A stretch of 64,000 bases of DNA from the NCBI RefSeq assembly GCF_018977255.1, contig NW_024704749.1, positions 18,290,001 to 18,354,000 on the forward strand, written 5' to 3'. The first letter of the stretch is position 1; the number at the start of each line of letters is the position of its first letter. Source of the DNA: Callorhinchus milii (lineage: Eukaryota). This document shows positions 63,087 through 64,000 of the stretch, in pieces. Under the pieces are notes generated by a model. It did no database searches, had not been told where the DNA came from, and was given only the letters and a program-made list of their open reading frames with translations. A program made the position numbers and the translations under genes.

Positions 63087-63152
63087 GAGTCTAACGTGCG
63101 TCCTGCCCACTCCTGGATTTGAGGTTGTCCATCATGAGCTCCAGCTCCACAG
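63087..63152 (+). other. Candidate exon of the gene starting at the 42.1-43.1 kb CpG island; possible start codon at 63134 (MSSSST)
   Basis: Acceptor TTTTATTGTAG, perfect donor CAG|GTGAGT, and an ATG with A at -3. No protein identity recognised. Confidence 0.4.
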
Positions 63153-64000
63153 GTGAGTGACCAGACCCTGGACCATTGTTCCAGTGTTGCTCTGTATCCT
63201 GCAGCTGCCATAGTGTGGGGAAGGCACCTGTTCAGGTAAAACCTGCACTCTTTTCTCCCCTACAACAGAAAAACAGTTTTTCTCATGTTGTACATCTCTC
63301 CCAGGATCCGTTGCCCCTTGTGTACAACTCTCCTGGTTCCCAGTGCCCATCGTGCTCCTGGTAACTATTATTATACAAATAATACTTGCATTTGATATAG
63401 TGCCTTATCGCCTCGTAGAGACATCTCAAAGCACAGTGTCCCACAAATAGTCGTGGATTGAGTGACAATTATTTTTGAGGGATTATTACCCCTGGAAAGC
63501 CATCAACCAAGTGACTGATAACAGAGTTCCTACTTACTGCCAGATAAACAAAGGCATGTGGAGTAAGGAAACTTGCTTAAGGTTTCGCCCTGTCCACGAA
63601 TCGAACCTAGGTCCTCTTGCTTTTGAGGTGAGGTGCAAACATTGCATTACAGGACTCCACAAGCTGTTACTCCGTGCCTCTCTCTCGCTCTCCCTCCTTG
63701 TAAGCGTTAGCTCGTGCCTTTCTCTCTTTCTCTCTCTCCTGGTAACTGCCATTCTTCAGATGCACTTATGTTATTGGGTGTGGTTACGTTGATCAAAGCG
63801 GTGTTCCCCTCTGTCTGAGCTCTATAGCGGTATTTCATGTGAAAGGTAATTTTCTCCTTGGGATCTCCGTTGTGTTCGCAATCTGTCCTGAATTTATGCC
63901 GTTTAATCTCCGCTGTAACAGGCATTGCATGAAATGATCCGACTGATTTTACACGAGGCTTGAAGTTCTCTGGCAACTGTGTGAGGCAGCCGACTGGGCC

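Overview
Vertebrate genomic DNA. The repeat content (tRNA-derived SINEs with (TTA)n tails, Deu-domain SINEs, L2 and CR1 LINEs) suggests a cartilaginous fish, probably a chimaera (inference). Spliced genes reconstructed by hand from GT-AG sites and reading frame: (1) FBXW5, minus strand, with its 3' part off the left edge; (2) complement C8G, whose exons 1-4 lie on the minus strand and exons 5-7 on the plus strand, implying an inverted ~4.6-5 kb block next to assembly gaps; (3) a 7-exon fish-type PTGDS-like lipocalin; (4) a complete 10-exon AMBP (alpha-1-microglobulin/bikunin) whose lipocalin half is strongly diverged and lacks Cys34; (5) a secreted four-Kunitz-domain gene; (6) a CpG-island promoter with five tandem YY1 motifs that starts an unidentified plus-strand gene with a long first intron. 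The most interesting system is the AMBP/tetra-Kunitz pair inside the C8G/PTGDS lipocalin cluster. The two genes share a promoter motif, a signal peptide, exon sizes and unusual AAG acceptors, so the Kunitz gene looks like a lipocalin-free bikunin paralog. All coordinates and translations were read by eye; no database searches were run, and human/zebrafish comparisons are from memory.
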